Source: Clostridia bacterium
Lineage (GTDB): Bacteria > Bacillota > Clostridia > UMGS1883
Reading direction: 5' to 3'
Assembly: GCA_045578925.1 (NCBI GenBank)
Contig: JAZNLD010000097.1
Span: forward strand, 1-40,012
Length of the DNA: 40,012 nt
Shown: positions 9,283 to 17,857 of the stretch, one piece after another
Layout: the number at the start of each line of letters is the position of its first letter
How positions within the stretch are numbered: the first letter of the stretch is position 1
Made by a program: the position numbers and the translations under genes
The notes under the pieces: model-generated
Told to the model about the DNA's origin: nothing
The model's input: the letters and a program-made list of their open reading frames with translations, nothing else
The model's database searches: none

Positions 9283-10988
9283 TATTTAGTACCCTCCCCT
9301 TCTACAAGATTTATAAATCTGTCAAGCATTACAGCCGCTTCTGCTCTGTTCGCAAAATCATTGGGTCTGAAGTTATTTTTATCATCACCCTTGATTATGC
9401 CATTGTTATTAAGGATATTTACTGCATTTTTTGCATATTCTGCAATTGATTCAGCATCAACGAATGAAACTTCTCCGCTTTCAAGGGTTTTGCCCTTGAA
9501 GTTTAAGAGATTATTCAATATTACAGCCATATCGCAACGACGGATTTTTTCGTTGGGAAGGAATTCTGTTTCGCTAACACCATTTACGATTTTATTTTCA
9601 AGAGCAGCCATAATATATGAATAATACCATTCATCTGCCTTTACGTCTGCAAATTCCTTGCCTTCGCCTGAGAATTCAGGAAGGAATGCTCTTGAAATCA
9701 TAGTAATGAACTCACCACGAGTGATTGTTCCTTCGGGTTTGAATGTTCCATCTGCATAACCATTGATTATTTCTCTCTTGCTGAGGTTACCAACAGCATC
9801 TTCAGCCCATGCGTAATTCTGCATATCGCTGAATGTGATTTTATCATCAACAGGTTTTTCAGGCTCAACGGGAGTTTCAGGTTCTACAGGATTTTCAGGC
9901 TTTGAAGAACCTCCTCCGCCACCCATGCCGCCTGCAGAAACTCCGCCACCACCGGTTTCATTTCCTGTATAGTCGTCATTTGAGCCATTTTCATCTGAAG
10001 AGTCATCTGAACCGCAAAGTTCATCAAGTTTTTCCTGCATAGTCGCAATTGAATTTTTCTTTGCTGCTGAAAGCTGGGCGATTACAGTACTTCTTTCTGT
10101 GTCGCCGAGAGAAGCATAATCTGAAATTTCAAGATTAGCGTCAAGAGCATATTCATCAAAGAAATCTCTTCTTTCTGCACTTGAAAGAGTTTTGGTTTCG
10201 TTTATAACACCTATAAAGATACTTTCCTGCAATTCCTTGTAGAAGCCATCCTTTGTAGAGATACTCTTGCTTGAAATTCTTTCAATAATATCGTTTTGCT
10301 TGGATTCAGGAATAAGTTCCTTCTGACTGAACTTAATTGCCATTTCTTCTTCATCAACAATATTTTTGATTTCGTCGATTTCTTCAAGCTTTCTTTCATT
10401 CAGAAGCTGTACAGTTACTGAGAAATTAAGAGCATCATTTATATCACCGAGAGATTCGGGACTTTCTGCAACAAGCTCTGTTTCAGAAAGGAAATCTTCC
10501 GCAACAGTAGCTATACCTGCAGTGTTCTCTGCGAGCAAGAACTTTTCCGCGTCGCAAAGGTAGACACCGTTCTCAGCAAGGTACTCAACAAGAGTACCTG
10601 CTTCGATAGCGGCCTTTACTTCAGCAATCATAGAAAGTCTTTCTGCTGCAGAAGCATAATATAAAACTTTTTCTTCACTGTCAACATAGAGGGTATATCT
10701 GCCTCTTTCTGCAGTTGAGGGCATTTTGATGGAATACTCATATACCCCGTATTCTACATCCAAAGGTCTGTAGAAAAGCACAGCAGAAGCAAGTATTTCA
10801 TCGTTTTCGTCAGTTGATGAAATGTCATATCCGGGATTAAGAAGCATAACGCTTACATTATTTTTGTCTGTTTCACCGAATATGTTAATCTTGTCAGCCT
10901 CTTTATCAAGAGTCGCCTCCAAAGATGCAAGTGCCACTGTGGGAAGCATCATAAGAGCTGTAATTATTGCTGTTATTCTCTTTTTCAC
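9282..10988 (-). CDS. Secreted cell-wall anchor protein: helical N-terminal region, Gly/Pro-Glu linker and three C-terminal SLH domains
   Basis: 568 aa. GTG start (10988..10986) overlaps the upstream TGA (GTGA), with AGGAGG 9 nt upstream. The signal peptide is KKRITAIITALMMLPTVALASLEA. The linker GGGGVSAGGMGGGGGSSKPENPVEPETPVEPEKPV spans aa 325-383. Three clear SLH repeats span aa 386-558 (nt 9315-9833), starting FSDMQNYAWAEDAVGNL..GYADGTFKPEGTITRGEF, FADVKADEWYYSYI.. and FVDAESIAEYAKNAV..FRPNDFANRAEAAVML. Confidence 0.85.
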   Translation of the reverse strand: MKKRITAIITALMMLPTVALASLEATLDKEADKINIFGETDKNNVSVMLLNPGYDISSTDENDEILASAVLFYRPLDVEYGVYEYSIKMPSTAERGRYTLYVDSEEKVLYYASAAERLSMIAEVKAAIEAGTLVEYLAENGVYLCDAEKFLLAENTAGIATVAEDFLSETELVAESPESLGDINDALNFSVTVQLLNERKLEEIDEIKNIVDEEEMAIKFSQKELIPESKQNDIIERISSKSISTKDGFYKELQESIFIGVINETKTLSSAERRDFFDEYALDANLEISDYASLGDTERSTVIAQLSAAKKNSIATMQEKLDELCGSDDSSDENGSNDDYTGNETGGGGVSAGGMGGGGGSSKPENPVEPETPVEPEKPVDDKITFSDMQNYAWAEDAVGNLSKREIINGYADGTFKPEGTITRGEFITMISRAFLPEFSGEGKEFADVKADEWYYSYIMAALENKIVNGVSETEFLPNEKIRRCDMAVILNNLLNFKGKTLESGEVSFVDAESIAEYAKNAVNILNNNGIIKGDDKNNFRPNDFANRAEAAVMLDRFINLVEGEGTK

Positions 10989-13285
10989 TGTGCCTCACCT
11001 CCTGTAATTTCGTCTGCTGTAAGAGTCTTGTTATAAACTCTGATACTCTTGAATGTTACGCTACCAGCATATTCTTCATTATCTACACCAAGTGAAACAA
11101 GACCTATATTATCGGGAGCTTTCAAAGTCTTGGAAATAGGAGCATCTTCGCCTTCAATGTACCAGTAAATCTTGCTGTTTGTGCCATCAAATACTACTGT
11201 ATGCTTCTTTCCTACAAGTTTTGCAGAGTCAAACTTGGGTCTCTGAAGAGGTGTTGACCAACCCATCATCTGCACCTGAGTTTCAGATGAAAGGATGAAG
11301 TTATTTCCATCATATGAGAAGAGAACAATGCTGCTACCTTCATCAAAGGTTGCATCGGCAAGTTCAAATTCAAGTGTAAAGTTATGTGTATTGAAGATAT
11401 CTGCAACATCTTCTGCAAGTGCTACTGTACCTGCACCACTCTGAATCTCGTAACCATCTGCTGTCCAGTGTCCAACACTTGAATCAAGAGCAATATGGTT
11501 TTCATGACCACTCTTGTCATTCCATACATTTGAAGAAGTATTTGTATCTTCATCAAATGCTACATCAAGAATGATATCCTCGTGCGGAGGAATTACAATT
11601 TTATCAACCGGAGGAAGCGGGTCGCTAAGGACTGTTTCATCGTCTCCTTCAGTTTCAAAATCTGTTTCAACTTCGGGAGCGTACTGTACATAATCTTCGT
11701 CCCACTTGATAACGGCACAGATTGACGCAGCGTTCCAGTCTGATCTGCCTGTATTGAATATCTTTACATTCTCGCCTGCTTCAAATGACTTTGAATAACC
11801 ATTTACCATAACACGGCTTGTAACTTCAGCTTCATCAAATGCCGTTGTCTGAGTTATACCGGGATCAATAGCACGCTTTTCCTTTGCGTTTGCAGCGTTG
11901 TAGTAAAGACAGCTCATAAGATAATCAACATTCCAGTCATTATAGTCCTTACGGATCTGTCTGTAGTTCACGCCCCAGTCAGGAAAATTTGTAGGTTCAG
12001 TTCCGGGAAGCTTTGTCCAGCCGTCTTCTGAATATGCTGAGGTGTTTCTGAATGTTTCACCCGAAATAACATATATTGTACCGGGTGTATCAGCTGTAAA
12101 GTTGAAATAATCCTCTGTAGCGCTATTTGTGAGCCACCAAGCACTCTTACGAATGTCGGCAAACATAAACATGCTACCACCGAGAAGCTTGTCAGTTATA
12201 TTACCAACTGCCCAACCGTTCTGTGTTGTAATGATTGTTCCATTGTCGTTATTTACAGCACTACCACCAATGAATGCAGGTTTTTCGTTATCATCCGCGC
12301 AACCAGAGAAATTAAATTCAGTAAGTCTGGGCTGACGAGCAGTAAATTCTATCTGATAAACAGATTCTTTTTCGTCTCTACCCTCTTTACCATTTGAAAC
12401 AACAATTTCTACACTTGCAACTTCGTTTTTGACAGGAACAAGATTATTTACTGCATAACGCTTATAAACATAAGCTTCTGAAGCTGTACCGTAAAGCTTA
12501 CCGATATCAACACCATCAACAGATGTTACCATAGTATCTGTAAGATAAGTCTTAACAAGTCCTGCTGTTTCAGGAACAAGTCTTATATTCATTGTATTAT
12601 CGGGAAGCTCTACGCTGTAGTTATAAGTGTTGGGATCGAAATCGGGGATTTCGTATTCTTCGTCACCAAGCAAGTATGTAAGATTTGAAAGAGTGTATGT
12701 TTTTTCTTCTGAATCATACATAGTAAGGGTGATTGTTCTCTTTTCTCCTCTGTATGTAGAAAGCTCAATCTTCGCTCTGCCAGGAGAAACATTATCGCTT
12801 ATTTCAACCTTTGTTGTAGCATCCTTAAGGATAACATCGATATCAACTTCGCCTGCTTCACACATAATGGTATATTCGTCAACTTCGTTTGAAAAATCTG
12901 CGAGTTCTTCACCGTTAATCAAAATTCCGCGAATATCCAATTCTTCAGCAGCGTAAACAGCCTTTGAAGAAGCAGTTTCTCCTCCGAATCCATCAATTAC
13001 ATTTGCGATAACTTCGTCTACGCCTGCATCAATTGTTGCAGAGAGAACACCGTTACTGATTATTCTGTCTGTTTTAATCTGCTTAAGCAAACCGTTTGCG
13101 TATGAAGTTAAAACGAGAATTTTATTTTCAGCACCATCAGGCAAAGTTGCTGTTGCTGTTATAGTTTTTGTATCTTCACTTCTGGTGTAGACAATGTGTG
13201 CCTCACCGGCGGCAACCGCCGCCAATGAGCCAAGCATTGAAATCACACAGATAAGTGCGATAATATTCTTCAAAACCTTTTTCAT
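10985..13285 (-). CDS. Secreted non-catalytic(?) protein: Ig-like N-terminus, two cadherin-like beta-sandwich modules, an unassigned central domain and a C-terminal LamG/ConA-like module
   Basis: 766 aa with signal peptide MKKVLKNIIALICVISMLGSLAAVAAG. YTLSNLTYLLGDEEYEIPDFDPNTYNYSVELPDNTMNIRLVP is typical of cadherin-like beta-sandwich modules (aa ~115-320). The C-terminal aa ~570-760 (nt 11006-11578) has a LamG_3-like pattern (WNDKSGHENH..FTLEFEL..KHTVVFDGTNSKIYWYIEG..FKSIRVYNKTLTADEI). Confidence 0.6.
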   Translation of the reverse strand: MKKVLKNIIALICVISMLGSLAAVAAGEAHIVYTRSEDTKTITATATLPDGAENKILVLTSYANGLLKQIKTDRIISNGVLSATIDAGVDEVIANVIDGFGGETASSKAVYAAEELDIRGILINGEELADFSNEVDEYTIMCEAGEVDIDVILKDATTKVEISDNVSPGRAKIELSTYRGEKRTITLTMYDSEEKTYTLSNLTYLLGDEEYEIPDFDPNTYNYSVELPDNTMNIRLVPETAGLVKTYLTDTMVTSVDGVDIGKLYGTASEAYVYKRYAVNNLVPVKNEVASVEIVVSNGKEGRDEKESVYQIEFTARQPRLTEFNFSGCADDNEKPAFIGGSAVNNDNGTIITTQNGWAVGNITDKLLGGSMFMFADIRKSAWWLTNSATEDYFNFTADTPGTIYVISGETFRNTSAYSEDGWTKLPGTEPTNFPDWGVNYRQIRKDYNDWNVDYLMSCLYYNAANAKEKRAIDPGITQTTAFDEAEVTSRVMVNGYSKSFEAGENVKIFNTGRSDWNAASICAVIKWDEDYVQYAPEVETDFETEGDDETVLSDPLPPVDKIVIPPHEDIILDVAFDEDTNTSSNVWNDKSGHENHIALDSSVGHWTADGYEIQSGAGTVALAEDVADIFNTHNFTLEFELADATFDEGSSIVLFSYDGNNFILSSETQVQMMGWSTPLQRPKFDSAKLVGKKHTVVFDGTNSKIYWYIEGEDAPISKTLKAPDNIGLVSLGVDNEEYAGSVTFKSIRVYNKTLTADEITGGEAQ

Positions 13286-13306
13286 AAAGATTTTCCTACC
13301 TTTCTG

Positions 13307-16300
13307 TTACTTTCCGGAAATTCTGATTTCCTTAACGGCATTCCAGTTACTGATGTTACTACCCTGGCCGATGAATCTTACATACTTAGCCTTGTGTACA
13401 CTACCAAAGTCGAAGTGTTCCCAAGCACCAGATTCAACGCTACCGTCACCTGTTCCGGAATAGATTGTCTGATAGTTCTGTCCGTCATTTGAAATTGCAA
13501 CCTCAAATGCAGCATTACGTCCCTGATTGGGATTGAACATAACTTCAATCGCATCAATATCAGATTCTTTTTCAAGAATAATTGTGATATATCTGCCCTT
13601 ACCGTTAGATGCCCAGATTGTATCGGGATCTTCATCGAATACGTTGTAAGAATAGTTCTCACCATCGACTGAACCGTCGTCGGGCAATACTTCGGAGAAT
13701 CTTACAAAGCCTTCGGGAAGTGACAAGTCTCTTGCGGGAGAAGTGATGTAAACAATTGTAGAGAATCTGTCCCACTCAACTGTTCCGCCGAGAGCTTCGG
13801 TAACCTGACGAAGAGGCACCCACATTTTTCCGTTTTCGTACCACGGAGCAATGGGAAGTGTAATTTCACCATCATTTGTAAGAGCTGTCTTTGATCCGTT
13901 TGTGAGAGTAATACTGGAATTCTTATTCCAGATTTTAACTGTGTTTGAATCATCTGAAATGTTGATTCCATACTGACGAGCCAGCGTATCTGCTGTGACA
14001 ACAGTTGAGCCTTCCTTAATATAAGCAGGATTTTCGTCGTAGATAAATACATTATCTATACGAAGGCTTACCTTATTTGTATCAACAGGGTCGGGAACTT
14101 CTGCTTTTTTAGCCTGAGGTGCTTCTGCGTCCGTCTTGTGAACAGATACATTTCCTGCTTCTGCAGTAAATGCAAGCACGCCGCCTTCTTCAGTTACTCC
14201 GATTGTCTGAAGCTCACCGTTTACAGTAACTTCATATACGCCCGCAGAAACATCGCAGATTGTATACTGGAACTTACCGCTTCCGGGGATTGAAAGTTCA
14301 AAGTCACCTTCTGTGCGCTTTGCGTCTTTTGAGAAGAATACCGCACGGTCACTGATTGTAACGCCGTAGAACAAATCATTTTCCACAAGCTCAGTAGGAA
14401 GATAATTTTCCTTATCGGCATCGCTCACCTGCATTACGTTAAGGAAATGATCTTCCTTATTAGCTGCTGTGGGTGAAACTTCAACACGCCATGTCTGACC
14501 TTCATCAGTTTCAGAAGCGAACTTCTGACCGTCGTAATTCTTGCCGTTTACTGTGTACCAACCGGTCTGGTCGCCACCTACTTTTTCAATATTACTGCTC
14601 TTGGGAAGAAGAGTATCAAGGGTGAGCTTTCCGTTATAGCCGTATGCCTTAACGGGGCTCTTATAGGTTCTCATTGCAACGGTCTGATTTCCGTTAATCT
14701 GAGGTTCTTCAATAGTATGAAGAAGCCATGTTTTCTTGAATGAGGGGTTACTTGAATCAATCTTATCAAAAACGATAAGTGCTGCAGGAACTTCTTCATT
14801 ATCAAGGTTTAAGAACATAAACGAACGCTTGTGGTCAGAAACCTTATCAGTATATGCATTTGTAAAGTCACCCTTCATATATGTGTATGCAGGCTTGATG
14901 GGATCTGTAGGATCGATTTCCAATCCCTGCAAATCGCTGACCTTGTATTCGTCTTCATTACCTGCAATCTGCTTGAAGTTATACTCCTGTGAATTATGAA
15001 CAGCTCTCTGTCCGCCGTCAAGGATAGTTGATCTTGCATTTGCAGCCTTTCCTGCTTCGGAGGGGTCATATACGAGCATAGCGTTGTGCGCTATAGTCTT
15101 TGTTGCGTAGTAGTTAAAGTGTTCTGAACCGAATGCTGACGCTCCGTTACCGCTTGTAGAGTTGTTTGCACCCTGGTATACACCTGATTCTGTTGCGAGT
15201 GCACCCTTGTAGTAAAGCTGGAAACTACCTGCATCCAGGTGCATATGACCGTTAACCTGATGCTCACCGAGTTTCATATTTGCAACTACTGCGGGAGATT
15301 CAGCGCCATCTTCCCAACCGGTACGGGCAATCAATGTGCCGACACCTGAATCAAAATATTTTGAAAGAGGAAGATTTTCATGATTTTTCGCAATCGGAGT
15401 TGAAGGTTCAAGGAAAATTACCGCATCCGCTGTTGATGAGTAGTCGTTGTTACTCATATGCGGGTCAAGTTGCGGTGACATTTTCGCGTATTCACGCTTA
15501 AGATAGGGGTTTTCTGTAAGATAGGCGTCAAGAAGGTATGTCATCTTGAAATCTTCCCAATAGTACCATATCTGATTCTTATCACCTGCTGAAATATCAC
15601 CGTCACGAACCATCTGGCCGTCAGGACGACGGAAGTAAAGCTGCCAGAGAGTATTATCCTCATACTGCTCGAGGTCTATGGGAACTTCACCGCCCATACC
15701 CTTTATAAGAGCGTATGAGTAAGCACTCCACATCTGACGGTACAAACCGTAGTCACTACCCTGCAGAAGACCTGTATCAAATACGCGCCTTGCAGGAACA
15801 TATTCACGATAATATCTGCCGCCGATGAAATCCCAGAGGTCGGGACGCTCGTCGTAAACGGCGATTGCGAGTGTAAGAAGGTCACGAAGAAGCTGAGCTT
15901 CTGCGCCGTGGCCTGTGAAAGCGCCCTGTTTTTCAGGAGGCCAGCCATTTTCCATACTACCTGCAAATACAACAGAGTTCAAAAGAATCTTGTCGCGTTC
16001 TGCAGGAGTGAGAAGGTCATAACACCAGTCATAAACCTTACCTGCTGAATGAATGAAGTGACCTGCCTCACGATACAAAAGACCGCTGTTTGAAAGAGAA
16101 ACATTCTCCATCATAAACATCAAAGCGTCAATAGCATCACGGCCGTGCTGCTTGTTTCCGAAGAGAGCATAGTCAAGCGCGTGAACCTCAATAGCTGAGA
16201 AGTTCCAAGCTGAATATGAAGTCTGTTCTTTTGTTACGCCTTCTTCAAGGAAGTAGTCGTATCTTTCTTTAAGACCTGCATTGTCGGGATGATTAAGATT

Positions 16301-17743
16301 TTCAATAATCCGGGGAATATCTTCCTTGAGGAAGAGAACACGGGGATGTTCGTTCTTCGGAGGATTGATAGGCGGAGCAGGATAATTGCTTGCATCAAGG
16401 ATTTCAACCCTGTTCAAAAGTTCGTCGGGCATATTGCCGTAACGACCTTCCGGAATAAGACCGGGTACGCGTGTTACAAGTACACAGTCAATTGCCGCAT
16501 CCTTTTCACGGCCACGAAGACGAACCTTGTATTCCGTGCCGGGCTCCATAATCTGTGAGTGAAGTCTGTACCAACGGTAATCTTCACCACGTGTCATAGC
16601 CTGCTGCTTGTATGCATTGTTACCGAAAGCATAGAAGAATGAGTCGCTTCGGTTTGTGTTTGCAAAAGTACGAATCCAGACGTTGTAGCTTGCCTTCTCC
16701 TCTACCGTAAATTTTACTTCGATATGAGGACTTGCGGTAGAAGCAGGATTCGTGTTGTTGTTGTAGTTTGATTTCATTGCCTTTACGCCACCGGCGTTAC
16801 GGTCAATTGTAACATCAAAGTGAGAAGTGTAGTTTGCTTCTTCTACGGGGATAATAAGACCGGGGCCTGTAACGAGGAAAGGTTCAGGTCTTTCGTGAAC
16901 GAATGCAGCGTTCTTTTTAACATATTCTGCTGCATTGTCAATTTTCTTTCTGTAAGGCGCGATAACATCGGCAGAAATACCTGCGTCGGCAAGTACATCA
17001 TCAATTGTTACTTCATAGCCTTCAGCATCTTTATATATAGTATGTCCATAATTTTCTTCTTCAAATTTTGCTGTAAAAGTGTCGCCTTTTTCCCAGCCGC
17101 TTTCCATTTTGGAAATATCAAAGCCGTAGAACTTTCCATCTCTTGTGGCATCTGTACAAAAGGCATTTAAAACATCATTTACTATAAGATATACAACACC
17201 GTTTTCACAATCGGCAATATAGTCGAATTTATTGTAAACTTCTTCGTCGGGATTGCTGTGCTTGTAAGTATAATTAAGAGCGTAACCGCGAAGGTCATTG
17301 TCGCCGTCAAAAATAGACATTGAAGCACCGAGATTGAATCTCAACGATTCGGTACTTCCCGTATAATGAGTGATTCTTATACCTGAAGCGTATAAATCGT
17401 CCTGCCCAACGGGGGTAGAATTCAGTCCCTTAACATAAAATCTGACATGGGCAAATTTTGCATCCACACCTGATTTATTGACATAATTCATCATTTTGTC
17501 ACGGGCAGTGCCGTGAGCTTCAAACTGAAGATTAAGTTCAGCGACTCTTCCCTGAGAATCTTTCTGTTGTTCAAAGGTATATGAGCCATCAGTTGCACCT
17601 AACGTAAAAAAGTCAAAGTTTCCCTTGGAAATATTTGCTTCAGAAAATTCTGCCGCAAATACAGCCACAGGAAATAATGACACAACCATTGCAAGTGTCA
17701 TAACTGCGCTTATTATCTTTTTGATAGTTTTTTTCATTTTCAT
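13307..17743 (-). CDS. Secreted multi-domain heparinase II/III-like (DUF4962-type) polysaccharide lyase with accessory modules
   Basis: 1478 aa with signal peptide to AVFA|AE.
- aa 31-265 (nt 16949-17653): unassigned module shared with the 652-aa protein.
- aa 290-427: CBM-like beta-sandwich (VEEANYTS..SYNVWIRTFANTNRSDSFFYAF).
- aa ~455-1110 (nt 14414-16381): lyase core (NEHPRVLFLKEDIPRI, GHGAEAQLLRDLLTLAIAVYDERPD, NGHMHLDAGSFQLYYKG, TIAHNAMLVYD).
- aa ~1225-1335: copper-amine-oxidase-N-like module (YENGKMWVPLRQVTEALGGTVEWD).
- aa ~1345-1478 (nt 13310-13711): F5/8 type C (discoidin/CBM32-like) module. Confidence 0.75.
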   Translation of the reverse strand: MKMKKTIKKIISAVMTLAMVVSLFPVAVFAAEFSEANISKGNFDFFTLGATDGSYTFEQQKDSQGRVAELNLQFEAHGTARDKMMNYVNKSGVDAKFAHVRFYVKGLNSTPVGQDDLYASGIRITHYTGSTESLRFNLGASMSIFDGDNDLRGYALNYTYKHSNPDEEVYNKFDYIADCENGVVYLIVNDVLNAFCTDATRDGKFYGFDISKMESGWEKGDTFTAKFEEENYGHTIYKDAEGYEVTIDDVLADAGISADVIAPYRKKIDNAAEYVKKNAAFVHERPEPFLVTGPGLIIPVEEANYTSHFDVTIDRNAGGVKAMKSNYNNNTNPASTASPHIEVKFTVEEKASYNVWIRTFANTNRSDSFFYAFGNNAYKQQAMTRGEDYRWYRLHSQIMEPGTEYKVRLRGREKDAAIDCVLVTRVPGLIPEGRYGNMPDELLNRVEILDASNYPAPPINPPKNEHPRVLFLKEDIPRIIENLNHPDNAGLKERYDYFLEEGVTKEQTSYSAWNFSAIEVHALDYALFGNKQHGRDAIDALMFMMENVSLSNSGLLYREAGHFIHSAGKVYDWCYDLLTPAERDKILLNSVVFAGSMENGWPPEKQGAFTGHGAEAQLLRDLLTLAIAVYDERPDLWDFIGGRYYREYVPARRVFDTGLLQGSDYGLYRQMWSAYSYALIKGMGGEVPIDLEQYEDNTLWQLYFRRPDGQMVRDGDISAGDKNQIWYYWEDFKMTYLLDAYLTENPYLKREYAKMSPQLDPHMSNNDYSSTADAVIFLEPSTPIAKNHENLPLSKYFDSGVGTLIARTGWEDGAESPAVVANMKLGEHQVNGHMHLDAGSFQLYYKGALATESGVYQGANNSTSGNGASAFGSEHFNYYATKTIAHNAMLVYDPSEAGKAANARSTILDGGQRAVHNSQEYNFKQIAGNEDEYKVSDLQGLEIDPTDPIKPAYTYMKGDFTNAYTDKVSDHKRSFMFLNLDNEEVPAALIVFDKIDSSNPSFKKTWLLHTIEEPQINGNQTVAMRTYKSPVKAYGYNGKLTLDTLLPKSSNIEKVGGDQTGWYTVNGKNYDGQKFASETDEGQTWRVEVSPTAANKEDHFLNVMQVSDADKENYLPTELVENDLFYGVTISDRAVFFSKDAKRTEGDFELSIPGSGKFQYTICDVSAGVYEVTVNGELQTIGVTEEGGVLAFTAEAGNVSVHKTDAEAPQAKKAEVPDPVDTNKVSLRIDNVFIYDENPAYIKEGSTVVTADTLARQYGINISDDSNTVKIWNKNSSITLTNGSKTALTNDGEITLPIAPWYENGKMWVPLRQVTEALGGTVEWDRFSTIVYITSPARDLSLPEGFVRFSEVLPDDGSVDGENYSYNVFDEDPDTIWASNGKGRYITIILEKESDIDAIEVMFNPNQGRNAAFEVAISNDGQNYQTIYSGTGDGSVESGAWEHFDFGSVHKAKYVRFIGQGSNISNWNAVKEIRISGK

Positions 17744-17780
17744 TTTTCTCCTCCCTATAGGGGGCTGTCGTGTAGAGGTT

Positions 17781-17844
17781 TAGCAGAATTTTTTCTGCTA
17801 TGGAAATCGGTATTGCAGGAGTGACCGAAAACGGGCACTCCTAC
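17781..17844 (-). other. Two intercistronic RNA stem-loops without U-tracts, between the 994-aa and 1478-aa genes
   Basis: On the minus strand, GTAGGAGTGCCCG-TTTT-CGGTCACTCCTGC (17844..17815) forms a 13-position stem with 1 mismatch and 1 G.U pair. TAGCAGAA-AAAA-TTCTGCTA (17800..17781) forms a perfect 8-bp stem. Neither is followed by a T-run. Confidence 0.5.
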
Positions 17845-17857
17845 AATTGATTACAGA

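Noticed and set aside
9840-10016. Repetitive GGx / CCx / ttcagg DNA in the 568-aa gene.
   Set aside because: It encodes the in-frame Gly-rich and PENPVEPETPVEPEKPV interdomain linker. This is a low-complexity spacer, not a mobile or non-coding repeat, and is too short and irregular to be collagen-like.
17753-17762. CCCTATAGGG palindrome, considered as a restriction or regulator site.
   Set aside because: As an RNA hairpin it gives only 3 bp plus a 4-nt loop. A single 10-bp palindrome is not significant by itself. It is kept only as a note within the 17744-17857 finding.
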